NCBI GenBank assembly: GCA_043228905.1
Contig: JBHGNT010000007.1
Span: 14,322,001-14,386,000, forward strand
Direction of reading: 5' to 3'
Source: Azolla caroliniana
Taxonomy: Eukaryota; Plantae; Polypodiophyta
Length of the DNA stretch: 64,000 nucleotides
Part shown: piece by piece, positions 48,132 to 61,204 of the stretch
Layout of the letters: the number at the start of each line of letters is the position of its first letter
How positions within the stretch are numbered: the stretch's first letter is position 1
The notes under the pieces: model-generated
Told to the model about the DNA's origin: nothing
What the model saw: the letters and a program-made list of their open reading frames with translations, nothing else
Database searches by the model: none
Translations under genes and position numbers: made by a program

Positions 48132-51100
48132 TTACATGTCCGTTGGTCCTATCGGACCCTTGCCGGCCTCATTACGGTTTGTCGTCGCCTCATTCTCCCC
48201 TGTTACCGGCTTGTCGTCTCCTCCGTCTTGGTGGTTGCTGTTTCCCTGACAGGTTGCCGTTTCCGCACCGGTTCCCGATCCGGTGTCGGTCCTTTGCTCA
48301 AATGGGTTCTTGGGCATCGGTCCTCTATATGGCTTCAATCTGAATCCGTTGACCCATTTGCCTAGCACTTCGCCGGCAAGTGTCCCTAACTGGTAGGACC
48401 CATTATACTCACGTGTCAGCCAATACGGGCTAGTCCATCTAAACCGTAGTTTACTCGGCATCTTGCCCATCCGGGTCTGAAAGACTAACACCAGCTTGCC
48501 GATTTTGAACATTTTTTCATTTCCTTTCCGGTGCCTGTCGACAAATGCTTTCCATTGTTCCAATTCTAAGTGCAGGATGCTTGCCGGTCGTTGTTCCTCG
48601 AGTTCACACAGCGTTGTTAACCGTATTGCCTCCGTCTCCTTCTCGTTCAGCCGTTCCCGTAGCTGAATCTGTAAGCTTGGTACTTGGAATTCCACCAGTA
48701 TGACCGCCTCTAGTCCGAACGCTAACCGGAACGGTGTTGTTCAGATGCTCGTTTTGTATGTTGTCCGGTATGCCCAAAGCGCGCAATGTAGCTTGGTATC
48801 CCAATCCGTTCGGTTTTCGTTGACGATCTTCCGTAGGATATTCTGGAGCGTTTTGTTCGTCGACTCAGCTAACCCGTTTGCTTGCGGATAGTACGGTGTG
48901 CTCCGTTTATGGACAACGACATAGAATGTCGTCAGGCTTTCAACTACTTGGCCGAGAAAATGCCCCCCTTGGTCGCTTATTAATTCGATTGGGCATCCGT
49001 AACGGCACCAGATGTATTTGTATAGAAGTTTTGCCGTTGACGCAGCGGTGTTGTCTCTTAAGGCTTTGGCCTCCACCCATTTCATGTAGAAATCCGTCGC
49101 GACGATGACGTACCGATTACCTGTTCTCATTGCCGGTGGTTTGAACGGTCCAACAAAGTCCAGCCCCCACTTCTGGAATGGTTCGAGTGGTAGTACAGGC
49201 TGGTGCGGCATCCGAGCTTGCTCCGTTGGCTGGCCCATTCGTTGGCATAGGTCACAGTCTTTTACGTACCGTACAACATCTCTTAATGTAGTTGGCCACC
49301 ATAGGCCACTTTGCCATATTTTCCTGGCCGACGCATCTCCGGCATAGTGACCTACGGCAACTCCGCAGTGGGCTTCCCTCAGTATGAGGTCCTTTTCATC
49401 GCTGCGCATAGCCCATCTCCAAATGCCGTCCGCACCCTTGTGGTAAAGTGTGTCTTGCAGTAAGCAGAAATGTCGGCTTTGCACCGTCAGGCGTTTCCTT
49501 TTGTCCCAGTTCATCTCCTCCGAAGGCAGTCCTATGCTCAAAAACTGGTGCATATTTGTGAGCCACTTGTCTTCCTGTGCCACTGTCTCATCTGTTGCTG
49601 TTTCCGTAGTGACTCGAAACAGCTCCGCATCCAGAAACTCGTCCGCTACTCCGTCGCCCGTCTCTCCGGACTCTAGTCGGCTTAAATAATCCGCTACGGC
49701 ATGCTGTATACCGGTTCGGTGGAATATTTCGAACTCGAATTCCTATAACAGTAAGGTCCACCGGGCCAACTTACCGGTGAGTGACGCCTTGGACACCAGG
49801 TAGAGGAGTGCCGAATGATCTACATGGAAGGAAAACTTCCTTCCCAATAAATAATGCCGAAACTTTGTCACACTGTAGATCATCCCTAGAGCTTCCCGTT
49901 CCGTGGTAGAGTAGTTCCGTTCCACTTGGGATAGCTTTCGGCTGGCATAGTACACTGGCCGGTACCACTTTGGCTCCGTAAGCTACATCAGTACGCTTCT
50001 GATTGCGATGTCGGAGGCATCCACGAACACATGAAATTCTTTACTCCAATCCGAAGGCTGCACTACCGGTGCTTGCGACAATATTACCTTGAGGGCCCTA
50101 TACGCCCTATCCTCGGTGTTGGTCCACTGGATTGGTGTTCAATGTACCGCGGCATGCAACGGTGTAGCCAGGTCGGCCAAGTATCAGAGCATCCAGTTGT
50201 GCCACCGGATCTGGCCTAAGAACCGGCTCAATGCCTTTGCCGGTGCCGGCGCCGGTGCTTCTAATATGGCTTTTACTTTGTCCGGGTCGACTGCAATGCC
50301 TTCCTTGCTCACAATATGTCCTAGTAGGGTTCCACTAGACACGCCAAATACACACTTCGCCAGATTCAAGCTTAGCCGGTACGCTCTACACATTTCTAGA
50401 CAATGATGGAGGTGCTGAAAATGGTCCTCTTCCCGGCTATAGACGGCGAAATCGTCAAGGAAAACCTGCATAAAAGCCGGGATATATTCACCAAAGATTT
50501 CCATGATGATTCGTTGGAATGTTGCCGGTGCCGTTTTGAGTCCGAACATCATCACCATGGCCACAAACACCCCCCATTCGGTGACAAAATCCGTTTTCTC
50601 TTGGTCGTCGGGGTGCATTCGGATCTGATTATACCCACTGAATCCGTCTAGAAAGCTATAGACCTCATGGCTGGCGACGGCATCCAACACTCCATCTGTG
50701 AACGGAAGTGGAAACACATCCATTACCGTAGCCGCATTGAGTTTCCGGTAGTCCACACAAACTCGAATTTTTCCGTTCTTCTTCAGTACGACTACGATCG
50801 GGCTCAGCCATGTCGCTTTCTTTACCGGACGGATAAAGCAAACTCTTAGCAGTTTGTCGATTTCCTCCTTGACTTTGGCGGCATAATTGGTATTCATCCG
50901 GTACCGTCTTTGTGCCACTGGTTTTGCTTCCTTGCTCAAGTGAATCTGATGTTGGTATAACTGAGGGTCGAGCCCTTGCATGTCTTCGTATGACCAGGCA
51001 AACACGTTGTGAAATTCCGTGAGAAGTGTGATCATCGTCGTTTTGTCATCGGACCTCATCTCCTTGGCGATGTGCACCGGTTTTGCTTCGTCCGTGGTCC

Positions 51101-53981
51101 CTAGGTTCACCTCTTCAAGTTGCGACGTTTTTACGCGTTGTGAAATGGCCATTTCCCGTTCCAACGCTTCCTACGCTTGCCGTAACTCTCGGATTGCGTC
51201 CTTATCCGGTTCTGCTTCAGTCTCTTCCGGCTGTGGTAAGTATGGTGCTACTGCTTCGGCAATGTCAATTTCGAAGAGGGGTACGATCTTCGGGTTTTCC
51301 TGCAAGTACTGAGCTTCTTCTTCGTCAGCTAACCCTTCTAGCATGTTGACGCACTCTGCATACAACGGTGTACATTCATTGCCAGTGCTCGTCGTTGGCT
51401 GTGTTGGTACACGTACCTTGGCTTTTCCTCGCCGGAAGGTAATTATATTTTTCCTCCAATTCTGTTTGATATGTGCCGTTTTCAACCACGGTCGCCCCAG
51501 CAATAGCAGGTACGCGCCTTGTGCCTGTAATTGTAGCACTACTGCCGAGATGTGAAATGTATGACCGCCAACGGTGACTTCTAATTTTCGTATTAATCCT
51601 GTCGGCCACACTGAGCTTGTATCGGCCATCCGTAACCAGAATGGACATAGCTCCCACTCGTGGATTCCCAGGGCATCACACGTCCGGAGGCTTATTACAT
51701 TCACACCGGAGCCTCGGTCTATTACTGTGTCGGGGAGTTCTTTCCCTTTTACAATGGCAGTAATTATCGGACTGTTTGTGTCCACCACCGTTGGTCCCTC
51801 CTCCGGATTCGAGAAGAGTACCAGTGTCGGTGATGATTCTCCTGCCGTCATGGCTGTCTTCAGTTCTTCCGTGAATCTCGGCACGAGCTGTAGGAGTTCC
51901 TAGTGGCAGCATAATCTGGCATTCTTGCAATGCCTGCCATGTCTCGTTCTCGGAGTGACTGCCGCCGGCAAGCCCTACGGTGTTCTCCTTTTGCCACTCT
52001 AAGTCTGTTACATTTTGCTCATTATCTTTCTTCAACCATTCCGTCGCTTGCTTCTGGATGGTCTCCTGCGTCTCCCATTCCTTGGCCATGCCCTTCGACC
52101 TTGTGGTCACCTGCTGCAAATCTACCACTTCAGGGACTACCATATTTACTGTTGGTCGTTTGTCATAGCTCTTCACCGGGCATTGATTACTATAACGGCC
52201 TTCCTGTCGGCAGTAGTAGCAGTAGTAGCAGTAGGCTTTCCGGGTATTGCTGGATTCGGCATTGTTTGTTGTACCCAGGGCAGGTCCTGTGGTAAGCGCA
52301 GGGTTTTGGGCCGGTTGGTTGCTTGAAGCTCCTTGTTCCGGTCCCGTGGGTGGCCGCCTTTTTTGAAATGTCGTTTTTTGTTATAGTTCTTCTTATTGCG
52401 GTACTCTTAACGAGGTTGGTCATTATATCTGCCATATTCCTCCCGTTGTTGACGATACCCGAGGGAGTGCTCCCGGTCGTACTGTTCGTATCGTCTATTG
52501 TAATCCCGGTACCGATCATATCTATCGTCCCGGTCGTAGTTATCTCGTCGATCACCGTACCGGACATCATTCTCCCATCGATCGCCATACCGGACATCCT
52601 GTGTTGGTCTGTATCGGTCCATTCGCCGCCAGTGTTCCTCTTCTTCATCCTGGCTGTTGTGTGGCTCTATTTGTCGGACGGGCAGTGCTTGCCGGTTCAA
52701 TAGATTATACTCGCACCTATCCGTCGTATGGCCCTTGGATTGACAAATTACACATTGCATCCTCATAGTGCATTCTAGTGCCAAGTGTCCGGAATTCAAG
52801 CAGTTTGTGCATTGTATTGCTTGCTGAAACCGGAGGTCTTCATCGGACTGTAACGCCCGTTGGAGTGCTCCCAGTGTGAGCCATGAGCTTGTCTTTTCCA
52901 TCTCTCTCACCCGGTCAATGACCTGGTTGATGGTACTTGTGTGGAAGTCAATTACCATGCAAACCGTGCGTAGGGGTTCCCGGAGCGCATTTAGGAATAT
53001 AGATAGTAATTCCTCCTCCAAGGGTGCGCGGGCAAGCTGACTATGCATCCGTTGAAACCAGATGACAAACTGGGGAATGCTCTCCCCTACCTCCTGTCGA
53101 ATGGTATAAAACAAGACCACCATTTCTGTCTGGTCCACCTCCTTTTGGAAAAAATGCAAGAATTTAGCTTTTAAATCTGCGAAGGTGGTGATGGTAGACG
53201 GGTCATGCGTCCGGCGCCATCTTGCTGCCGGTCCCTCCAATGCGATGCCAAATTCCGCTATCTTAGAGCGTTCCTCTTCCTCCGGGGTCAATCGCTGGGA
53301 CACATGGTTTGCTTCCCATGTCTGTTCAAAGGCATGAACATGAGCTTCCGCGTCCGGATCATCTCTATACTTGGAGTACTAGAACGGCATGTCATCGTCC
53401 GGTATCGGTGCGCGGGTTGGTGGTGTTTGTGGTCGTTCCTAGTTTTTCTTCGGTGTCGGTGGTCTTTCCTGATTTGTCTCCGGCGTCGGTGGTCTTTCCT
53501 CTTCTTTTGGTGACGGAGGCCTCTCCTCCTCGACTTCCGGTGTCGGAGGTCGCTCTTCCTCTGCTTCTAGTTCCGGAGGTTCTAGGCTTAGCACTTCCGG
53601 TTCCAGTGTCGGTAAGGTGTCCGATCCTTCGTCCTCTGGTCCGCTCGGGGTTTCGTTGCTGCTACGGTAGTTCGTGTGCACGCTGTATTCCCCTTCGGAA
53701 TCCGATTCATACGCTGAAAAGGCTTCTGCTTCGCCTTGTCCGCTTGCCAATGCCTAGAGAAGGGATTCGGTTTCCCGGAGGCTGCTTAGGTTGTTGCCGT
53801 CGTCCGGGTGCGATGTTTGCTGTAACCAGAGGGACTCCTCCACTACTCTCCGGATTACGTTGGAAAATGAGCGATCCGATGTAATTTCCTGCGCCGCTTG
53901 CTGGAAAGCCTCACGTCTCCTTTGCCTTTCGGCAAGGCGTCGAGTTCGATCTGTAACCAGGTCGTGCGTTGATCTAGTCAT
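48132..53981 (-). pseudogene. H2 gag-pol, with several stops and frameshifts
   Basis: gag with Cys/His knuckles 52407-53303, protease (VIDRGSG, LLGRPW) 51171-51884, RT 50184-51164, RNase H 49743-50100, integrase 48132-49583. Confidence 0.93.
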
Positions 53982-56900
53982 CCATTCATGCCGTCGTTCG
54001 CTGCAACAACAGGAATCGTGGTCGCCAAAAACTGTGTTAACTCTTAGGGCCAGACAATGGCCTAAAACAGGGTGTCTACGGAAGACACTTCACGAAAGGG
54101 GTGTTACGGCAAGAGGATTAGGCTCAACGATTAATCCGACTTAATTAGGTTACTTAGCAAGATCGTCCATAATAATCACACGCGTAAGATATAACAATGA
54201 ATGCAGAACGGCAATTAACACAGAGAGATAAAAACACTAAGCTTTATTAATTATCCGTTGAACATTACATTGCATCCGGGCCTTTAAATAGGTTTCCGGT
54301 TTGTAGTACAAAACGGTGCCATCCGCACCTGTGTGGGATCGGTCCGGATCCGGAACGGCATACCGATTCCGGTCCGTCCGTCCACACTAATAGCTTACTT
54401 ACAACCATTCCTTAATAATTAAATAACTCCTTCGTTACACACTCTAGACTCCTTTGTCGGCCGGTAACAGACCCGATAAGCTTCAACAATTCACATTGGA
54501 TCTTTGTCTTTCAACCTCTGACTTGCCGAGCTTGAGGGGGAGTGAGCCTGAACCAGACCCGAACGAAGCTAGATGAAGTTGAACAAACAAAGGAGGAAGA
54601 ACGGGCCCAGATGGAACCGGACAAAGCCGAAGCCAGAGCCGACCATCGAAGCCGAACCCGAACACTAGTAAGACGAAAGCAATCAGGAGTTGAGCTTGAA
54701 GGGACATGTTGAGAATCAAACCCAACTTCCCTATGGTGTGAACACATCCTAAGACTACAAGTGTGTGGACATAGCACCACCACTATGTAGCATAACTAAT
54801 GTGTCATAAGACTTAAACTTCTATAACGCATAGTAGGTGGTTAAGTTCCCCCCTCATTCCTAAGAGGTACGTGTAGTCAGAGAGTGTAGAGAGAAGGTGA
54901 CCATATAAGCATTGCCTCCCTTCATTTGTAGTTGTTGGTTATCATTTTTCTTGTGAATACAGTTTTTCTGTTTTCTGTCTACTATGTGTCGACTCCCTCT
55001 CACTCACTCTCTCACACACACACATCCCTATTCCGCTACACAGAATCATACCCGATTCTTTACATATAAAATAACTTATTCTAATAGTTTGTACTTTGTA
55101 TTTAGTATACAAGGTTGTGGGTTCAAGGTTTACATATTTCACTTTATACAATATTTGAGTTACTTAGACATATATCGTTGCACTATGGGCTCTGATAACT
55201 AAGGTTTCATAATCCCCATTTCAATGGGATTTCTCATAGGTTGGCTTGGGTTTCATGTTGCATTTTTGAATAGTTTTAGAGTTTTTATGGTCTTGGGGGC
55301 TATGGCATATTTAGTGTATGCATAATTCCTTCGTATTTGATGCATGATTAAGGTGCAAAGACATTAGGCAATTGATAGTTCTCGTTGTTGGAAACCTCAG
55401 GGATGTTATCACTTGAGGAGTTCGAAATATGTGAGTTGATAAGTTTTTTTTGTCACACAACTTTTGAAAATGTATAGGTCCACAGTATTTTGTGTTTGAG
55501 TTCAGGTTTTTTCTTTTACGCTTTAATGACTCTATTTATAAATAAATAAATACAAACACAAATCCATGAATTATGCACAATATTACTCATGTTTTACTCA
55601 CGGGGGGAAAATATTGTCATTTTTTCCATATATATAAATCAAGCTTTTCACTCATTCTCATGACAATTTCGTGGAACAAGATGATTTACATTATGAATTC
55701 TATCTAGTGTTTTGAGTGCTTGCAAGGTAGTGTAAAGAAAAGTTCCAATTCAATGGTTCATTCTTTGTTAAAGTTGCAACCAATAGTAGATTAGTATTGA
55801 AATGTTTTTCCTACTAGTTAACTATTCCTCTAGGGAATTAACTATTCTTCTAAGAGCAATGTACTCTTGTTTCCCATATTCTCTCTATATTCCATACATG
55901 CAATCTTGTTTCCCATGCATTGTATAGGATCTAAACTACTTTAAAGCTTATTAAATAACCTCTCATCTAGATTCTTAATTTTGTGGCTATTTTGCCCAAA
56001 GGTAATTGCAATATTCCAAATATCGTCAAATTGAGTGATTTGCATGTTGACGAGGTTAATGTGAACATAAATAATGGCCACAAAGTTTCATATAAAATGG
56101 CTAAGATATTATCATGTTTGGAAAAGCTTTGCCAATTGTATATGATAATTGTGGTGTAATGTTGATAACAATGGTGTTTGTCAAAGCGCTTCTTATTTCG
56201 ATGACTTCTCTTAGCATGCATTTATAGAGTAGCTTGACCATGGACAATGTGGTCAATGATATCCATAATCGTGGAGCTCAAAAACTACAAATCCCTTGTA
56301 TAAAAGATAGCTAGAGCCATATCTGTGAAACCAAACAACTTTACATTGACAATACAATTTTTGTGAGATTGTAGAAGCAATGCTCCAACCGAGTATTCTG
56401 GTAAGAACTCATACATAGTTCTCTTTTCCTTGGGAGTTATTTTCCGTCAAAACATAAAGGTTTATGCACGTGTCATTGCAATTGTTTCTACCAAAACATT
56501 AAAACTAGATAGCATCCAAGACCAGATGAGAGATGGAAAATCTTCAGCCTTTTCAAACTCTTCATCTAGCATGTCAAGCTCCCCTTCCATTTACATCTTC
56601 ATGGCATCTTAACTGCACATTTGCCTTTCTTAGATGGAAAATGCAATTTCGACTGGATCTAATTTGATTAATGGTTACAATTAGTAGCGTCCCACTAGAC
56701 ATAGCACCAAGTAAGTCAATGTACATGCTGCATCGCAATTAGTTATGAGAATGTTTGCACTCGAACAAATGCTTTCCATCCTCATTGAATTCCTTTGATA
56801 ATATTTGTCATTGACTACTGTATGTGTCTCGACACTTTCTTCCAACTTGACTATCAAAGATCGTATTGAAAGGGCGATCTTTGAATAGCAAACTATAAAC

Positions 56901-57006
56901 CAAATCAAGATGGATAAAAACAAAATGTATATGTCCATCACCGTAATTTTTTGTATATATCCAGCACCGCATTCTTCTTGCCCATTACATGTACAAATTG
57001 TAAGTC

Positions 57007-58761
57007 TCACATAACCATACTTACTTCTGGAAAATATCCTTCATTTCTAGCCTTCACATTCAACCTTAGCAGCTTTGCATATATAGCATCCACTTGAGGA
57101 TGTCTTTCGTCCCCCAAGGTGAATTTATACACTCTCTGCTCGATTTCAATACATGAATTCCCTGGCTTTTTCCATGCATTCAAAGATTTTCTTTGCTCCA
57201 AGAGCTCAGCCATGGAATCCCACATGGCCATACCACTAAAAAGGTTTGAAAGTAACACATAGCAGGATGCATCCCTTAACTCTAAATGAGAAACCTGATG
57301 TAAGCATCTCTTTCCAAGGTCTGAATTTCCATAGACCCTTGAACTATTGAGCAAAGATGTCCATCCAGTCATATTCAGGTCATGAGGAATCTTTTCGAGC
57401 AGTGCGTGAACCTCCTCTAAGCACCCAGCTCGCCCGAAAAGATCTAATAAGGAGTTATAATGCTCACTCATCGGCAAGACCCCATATACATTTATCATTG
57501 CTTCAAAATGATGGATACCTTCTTGCACAAGGCCAATATGGCTACATGCAGAAAGAAGACATACAAAAGTGACATCATTGGGCATTAATCCTTCACTTAC
57601 CATGCCTTTGAAGTAGTGCAAAACCATGCCATATTCACTATGAAGCACATGTGCTGCCATCATCGCAGTCCATACGACTGCATTTCGGTTTCTACTTTCC
57701 CCAGAAAACACAGAGTGTACATCATCAAGATCTCCACATTTGGCATACATATCAATGAGGATGCTTCTTATGTATGCATCTGAACATAGATCAGACTCTG
57801 TGATATCAGCATGAATCAACTTTCCTTGATCTAACGCTGCAAGAGCAGAGCATGCTTTTAGAACACTCACATAGGTGAAATTATCGGGTTTTTTGCTACT
57901 TTCGAGCATATCTCGGTAGAGGGCAAGAGCTGAGAAGTAGTCCTCAATCTGAACATATCCATAGACAATGGCATTCCAAGACACATTGTTTGGTTCAATT
58001 CCTTCATTTCGCATCGCATTGAAGAGAGCCATGGCTTCATCGCAAAGAGAATGTTGGGCAAGAGCTGCAATCATTGCACTCCAAGAGACAACATCCCGAT
58101 ACTTAACACAAAGTCCCCCAAATACAGAGAGAGCGTCATCTAGAGCTCCACATCGCCCATACATGCTAATGAGAGTATTACAAATGAAAATATCGGATTC
58201 TTGTGAGGATCCAACGATATCGTGATGAAACCGTTTGCCGTTGTGCAAATCTTCAAGGCTCGAGCAAGCTTTGAGGAGAGCAACATAAAGATGCCCATCA
58301 GGCCGAACCTTGTGATTCGGGTTATTCTCGCTTTCTCGATGCATCTCCTCGTAGAGATGGATTGCTTGTTTGGGTTCTCCATTTTCACACAGTGCTGAGA
58401 CGATACCACTCCATGCAAACACATTGGGGGACTGTAGTTTTGCAAAGACTATGCTTGCTTCTAGAAGCTTATAACCACAATAACTACCACCAATAGAAGG
58501 AGATAAGAGCGAGAAGAGGCGGATCAGGTAGCTTCCTACTATAGTGTTTCTTTCTACTGAGCCACCATCATCATCAATATCATCGTGTTGAAGTATGAGG
58601 CAATGTGCTTCTCTGCCCACATCAATGTTTCTGGTGTTGATACAATCCTGTAGAAGAGAGGTGAGAAGCTTGATCACACCCCGTGTGTGCCTGTGTTCTT
58701 TTACTACTAATGATCTTTTCACTGTCTCTAGCTTCTCCAGAAGCTTGCTTCTCTCACTCAT
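57007..58761 (-). CDS. PLS-class pentatricopeptide repeat protein with E/E+ domain (organellar RNA-editing factor type)
   Basis: Intact 584-aa ORF with P/L/S motifs (NTLISMYGRCG, DVVSWSAMI, TFVCLLSACSH), E domain (YVLLSNLF) and PG box KKPGNSCIEI...HPQVDAIY...GYFP. No DYW triplet. Confidence 0.95.
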   Translation of the reverse strand: MSERSKLLEKLETVKRSLVVKEHRHTRGVIKLLTSLLQDCINTRNIDVGREAHCLILQHDDIDDDGGSVERNTIVGSYLIRLFSLLSPSIGGSYCGYKLLEASIVFAKLQSPNVFAWSGIVSALCENGEPKQAIHLYEEMHRESENNPNHKVRPDGHLYVALLKACSSLEDLHNGKRFHHDIVGSSQESDIFICNTLISMYGRCGALDDALSVFGGLCVKYRDVVSWSAMIAALAQHSLCDEAMALFNAMRNEGIEPNNVSWNAIVYGYVQIEDYFSALALYRDMLESSKKPDNFTYVSVLKACSALAALDQGKLIHADITESDLCSDAYIRSILIDMYAKCGDLDDVHSVFSGESRNRNAVVWTAMMAAHVLHSEYGMVLHYFKGMVSEGLMPNDVTFVCLLSACSHIGLVQEGIHHFEAMINVYGVLPMSEHYNSLLDLFGRAGCLEEVHALLEKIPHDLNMTGWTSLLNSSRVYGNSDLGKRCLHQVSHLELRDASCYVLLSNLFSGMAMWDSMAELLEQRKSLNAWKKPGNSCIEIEQRVYKFTLGDERHPQVDAIYAKLLRLNVKARNEGYFPEVSMVM

Positions 58762-59049
58762 TCATCTACAAAATTTTGCCAACAAATACATATATATGTA
58801 TACATACAAAAAGAACAGGGGAAATTTCCCCCCCTGTTCTGATATGCAATTCAGATGAATGAAAACAGAGGATTTTTTTTCTTAGTTTCCTTTTTATCTC
58901 CCCTTAATGCCCATATGTTCTTGTTTTTTCCAATAATGCCCTTACATGAGTCTAATTCATCCCCCTTTTCTATTATTTGGGCAATCTAGTATTATGTGTG
59001 ACGAGCCATCTCATTTTCTCAACTTCCTTTCTATCTTCCCTATTGCACC

Positions 59050-59513
59050 TAGCAACCAGCAACGGTTCAGTTTGTATTGAACTGGACTACAAAGCCAAAG
59101 CCTAACGGTCTAAACGGTTTGGTTTGGGGGTCAACGATTTAGTTTGGTTCGGTTTGAACTTTGATCGACTTAACAACTTCTGGTTTAAACAGGTTGACAC
59201 TGTAGTTTGAATAGTTTAAACTTTAAACGATTTAGGATTGACACATGATTATTATATATTTTCTTGAATAATTTTTGAACAACACTTTAATTTTGAAGCC
59301 TAATTATGACATTTTAGGAAAAATCTTTAAAAATTTAAATTGTGACCTAACTTGAAAAAATCTCTAAAACCATTTGGTTTGAGCTTAGATTTTTTTTTAA
59401 CTGTTTGGTTTGAACAATTTCGTGGTTTGGTCTACGGTTAAACGGTTCAGTTTTAAACAGTTGAGTTTGAGACTATGTCAAATAAAACTAAACCGAATCG
59501 TTGCTAATTGCTA
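59050..59513. mobile_element. hAT-type MITE upstream of the PPR gene
   Basis: 15-bp TIR TAGCAA(CC/TT)AGCAACG (13/15), 8-bp TSD ATTGCACC vs ATTGCCCC, subterminal AACGGTT/GGTTT repeats. Confidence 0.75.
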
Positions 59514-60799
59514 ATTGCCCCTAGATTTTTCCTACTTCCCATAAAATCCCTTGGCCAACGCTCACCTTCTCTCTCTCTCTCTCTCAACAAAAACCATATA
59601 TGGGATGGTTCATTTGTTTTTTCAACTATTTGCATGATTCGATATTACAAATGTCTCTCCATGGATTTTTCTCCTACTTACGCAATTATGTTCTTGTTAT
59701 TTCCTCTACAAGTCCTTGGCAAATAGCCATCAAGAGCGATAGTTAAGAATAAGATAGAATGATAGAATAAAACAATAAAGAAAGAAAGATAGATTCTATT
59801 ATTGTTTTCGGACGTCAAATATGACTTACGAGACCAAAAATATTACATTTCACGTAATACATGCAAAAGTGAGTAGCGACTCCCAATGTTCAAGAACTTT
59901 ACCAATAAATATTGCAATCGAGAGTGCACATTGTGGTTGTGAGAGGAATTCGTGCAAGGATTGGGTTTGGTCAAAGATGTGTGGAAAGCATAGTTGAATA
60001 TGATCAAAGGAAGAGCATTGTATCAAAGTGTGATACTCTGACTCTCGAACTTGTTTAGGGCAAAGTGTGCATACTCAATCATTCTCATCACTGGTGCCCC
60101 AACTCCCCGTCTCACATCACAATGCATGTGAGATAAGTCGCATGGAAGCGATGGTCCGAATTGCTGACAACAAGATGGGCTCTAACATGTATCGATGTGT
60201 ACAATTTCCCCATCCTACGAAGAATATGGTTTTGTACTTAGGTGCAACATGTGTGGTGTAATGTGTGAAAAATAAGAAGAGAATGTAATTAAATTAACAA
60301 ATAGAACAATCTCACAAGAATATGATGATGGTTGGCATTGAACTGGAATGGTTCATCAATAACTATTGCACTCTCTTATATAGCACAGTTGGACACATAC
60401 ATGCTTGCCAACTCACATCTATGCCTTATTGCATGGTTACATTCATGCAAGCATGCCATTTGGCAATTGTGCATCAATATGCGTGAGGTGGTGAAATCTT
60501 ATAATATTCAAATGGTTTCACCTCATATTTTGGACCATCAACAAGCTCAATTGGAAGTTGGAGAGCAAGGGGAACAAAAAAATGTGAAATATTACAACTT
60601 CAAGCATACATAAGGTTCCAAAAGTGATACATGAAACATTGGATAACGATGCATATGAAGAGGAAATGGAGACAAAACACAACTTCATTGGTCTTGTTAG
60701 TTTGTAAGGTTCCATGGTTTTTATGTTACTTTAAAAAATCTATGCACGATTCTCAACTAAAAACTTAGGTTCTTCTATTTACGAGGCAAGATGATGACA

Positions 60800-61020
60800 A
60801 TTAGCAAATTAGTTATGTGTGGCTTGGGCATCATGTAATTAATGTCGAGTAATAACAATGTGAATGAGTTGAAGTAGACAATTCCCAACAACGAGATTTT
60901 TGAATTTTCAAGCATCATCCATCTAAAGTTGGCAAAGAATGGAGTATGTCCATTAGAAGAATGAACTAAATTATTGCAACCAAACTCCATAAAGTGCAAA
61001 AGGCCAACCCATTAATCCTA
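60800..61020 (-). pseudogene. Old Gypsy integrase remnant
   Basis: MEFGCNNLVHSSNGHTPFFANF resembles the integrase motif AEFAYNNxxHSSTGxTPFFAN. Confidence 0.5.
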
Positions 61021-61036
61021 TTGCTAGTTGATGAAA

Positions 61037-61204
61037 TGTTGAGCGGGCAAGCTCAACTGGATCCGGATTAGCTGAATAAGCCAGAGCCGAATCAGTATCC
61101 AGAGTAGAGAACCGAATCGGTGTCCAGATAGATTGGTATCTGGAACTTAGAGCCGGACCGGAGAAGCAGATCGTACTCCGGAATAGTGAGAACCAGTAGG
61201 CCAT
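61037..61204 (+). repeat. Start of an A/C-family Copia LTR, interrupted by an L element
   Basis: TGTTGAGCGGGCAAGCTCAAC matches the LTR starts at 105, 28887 and 38103. Confidence 0.75.

Larger units (their letters stand above)
44496..54469 (-). mobile_element. Full-length non-chromovirus Gypsy H2 (same family as H1) with an extra 3' ORF
   Basis: 435-bp LTRs at 54035-54469 (5') and 44496-44930 (3'), TSD GACCC (44491-44495 and 54470-54474). PBS TGGCGACCAC (tRNA-Arg-like) 7 nt from the LTR. gag-PR-RT-RH-INT domain order. Confidence 0.96.
42251..55064 (+). mobile_element. Internally deleted Copia E, host of a MITE, a LINE fragment and Gypsy H2
   Basis: LTRs at 42251-~43290 (interrupted) and 54707-55064. 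TSD TATAA (42246-42250 and 55065-55069). RNase H remnant (EGYTDTDW, HIRTKHIKVHYHF) at 44010-44495 and 54470-54545. Confidence 0.88.
40255..55180 (-). mobile_element. L-family element G: gag start 40255-40790, PBS, and 5' LTR from 40811, split by Copia E and resuming at 55065
   Basis: GCGTCGGGTTTACCA-AAGA-TGTCGTGAAG junction as in D. gag-like ORF 40332-40547. Sequence on either side of E rejoins and aligns with 9545-9604/14985-15065. Confidence 0.75.

Noticed and set aside
55960-56700. Second gene or extra PPR exons downstream of the PPR ORF
   Set aside because: Only short ORFs with no clear motif.
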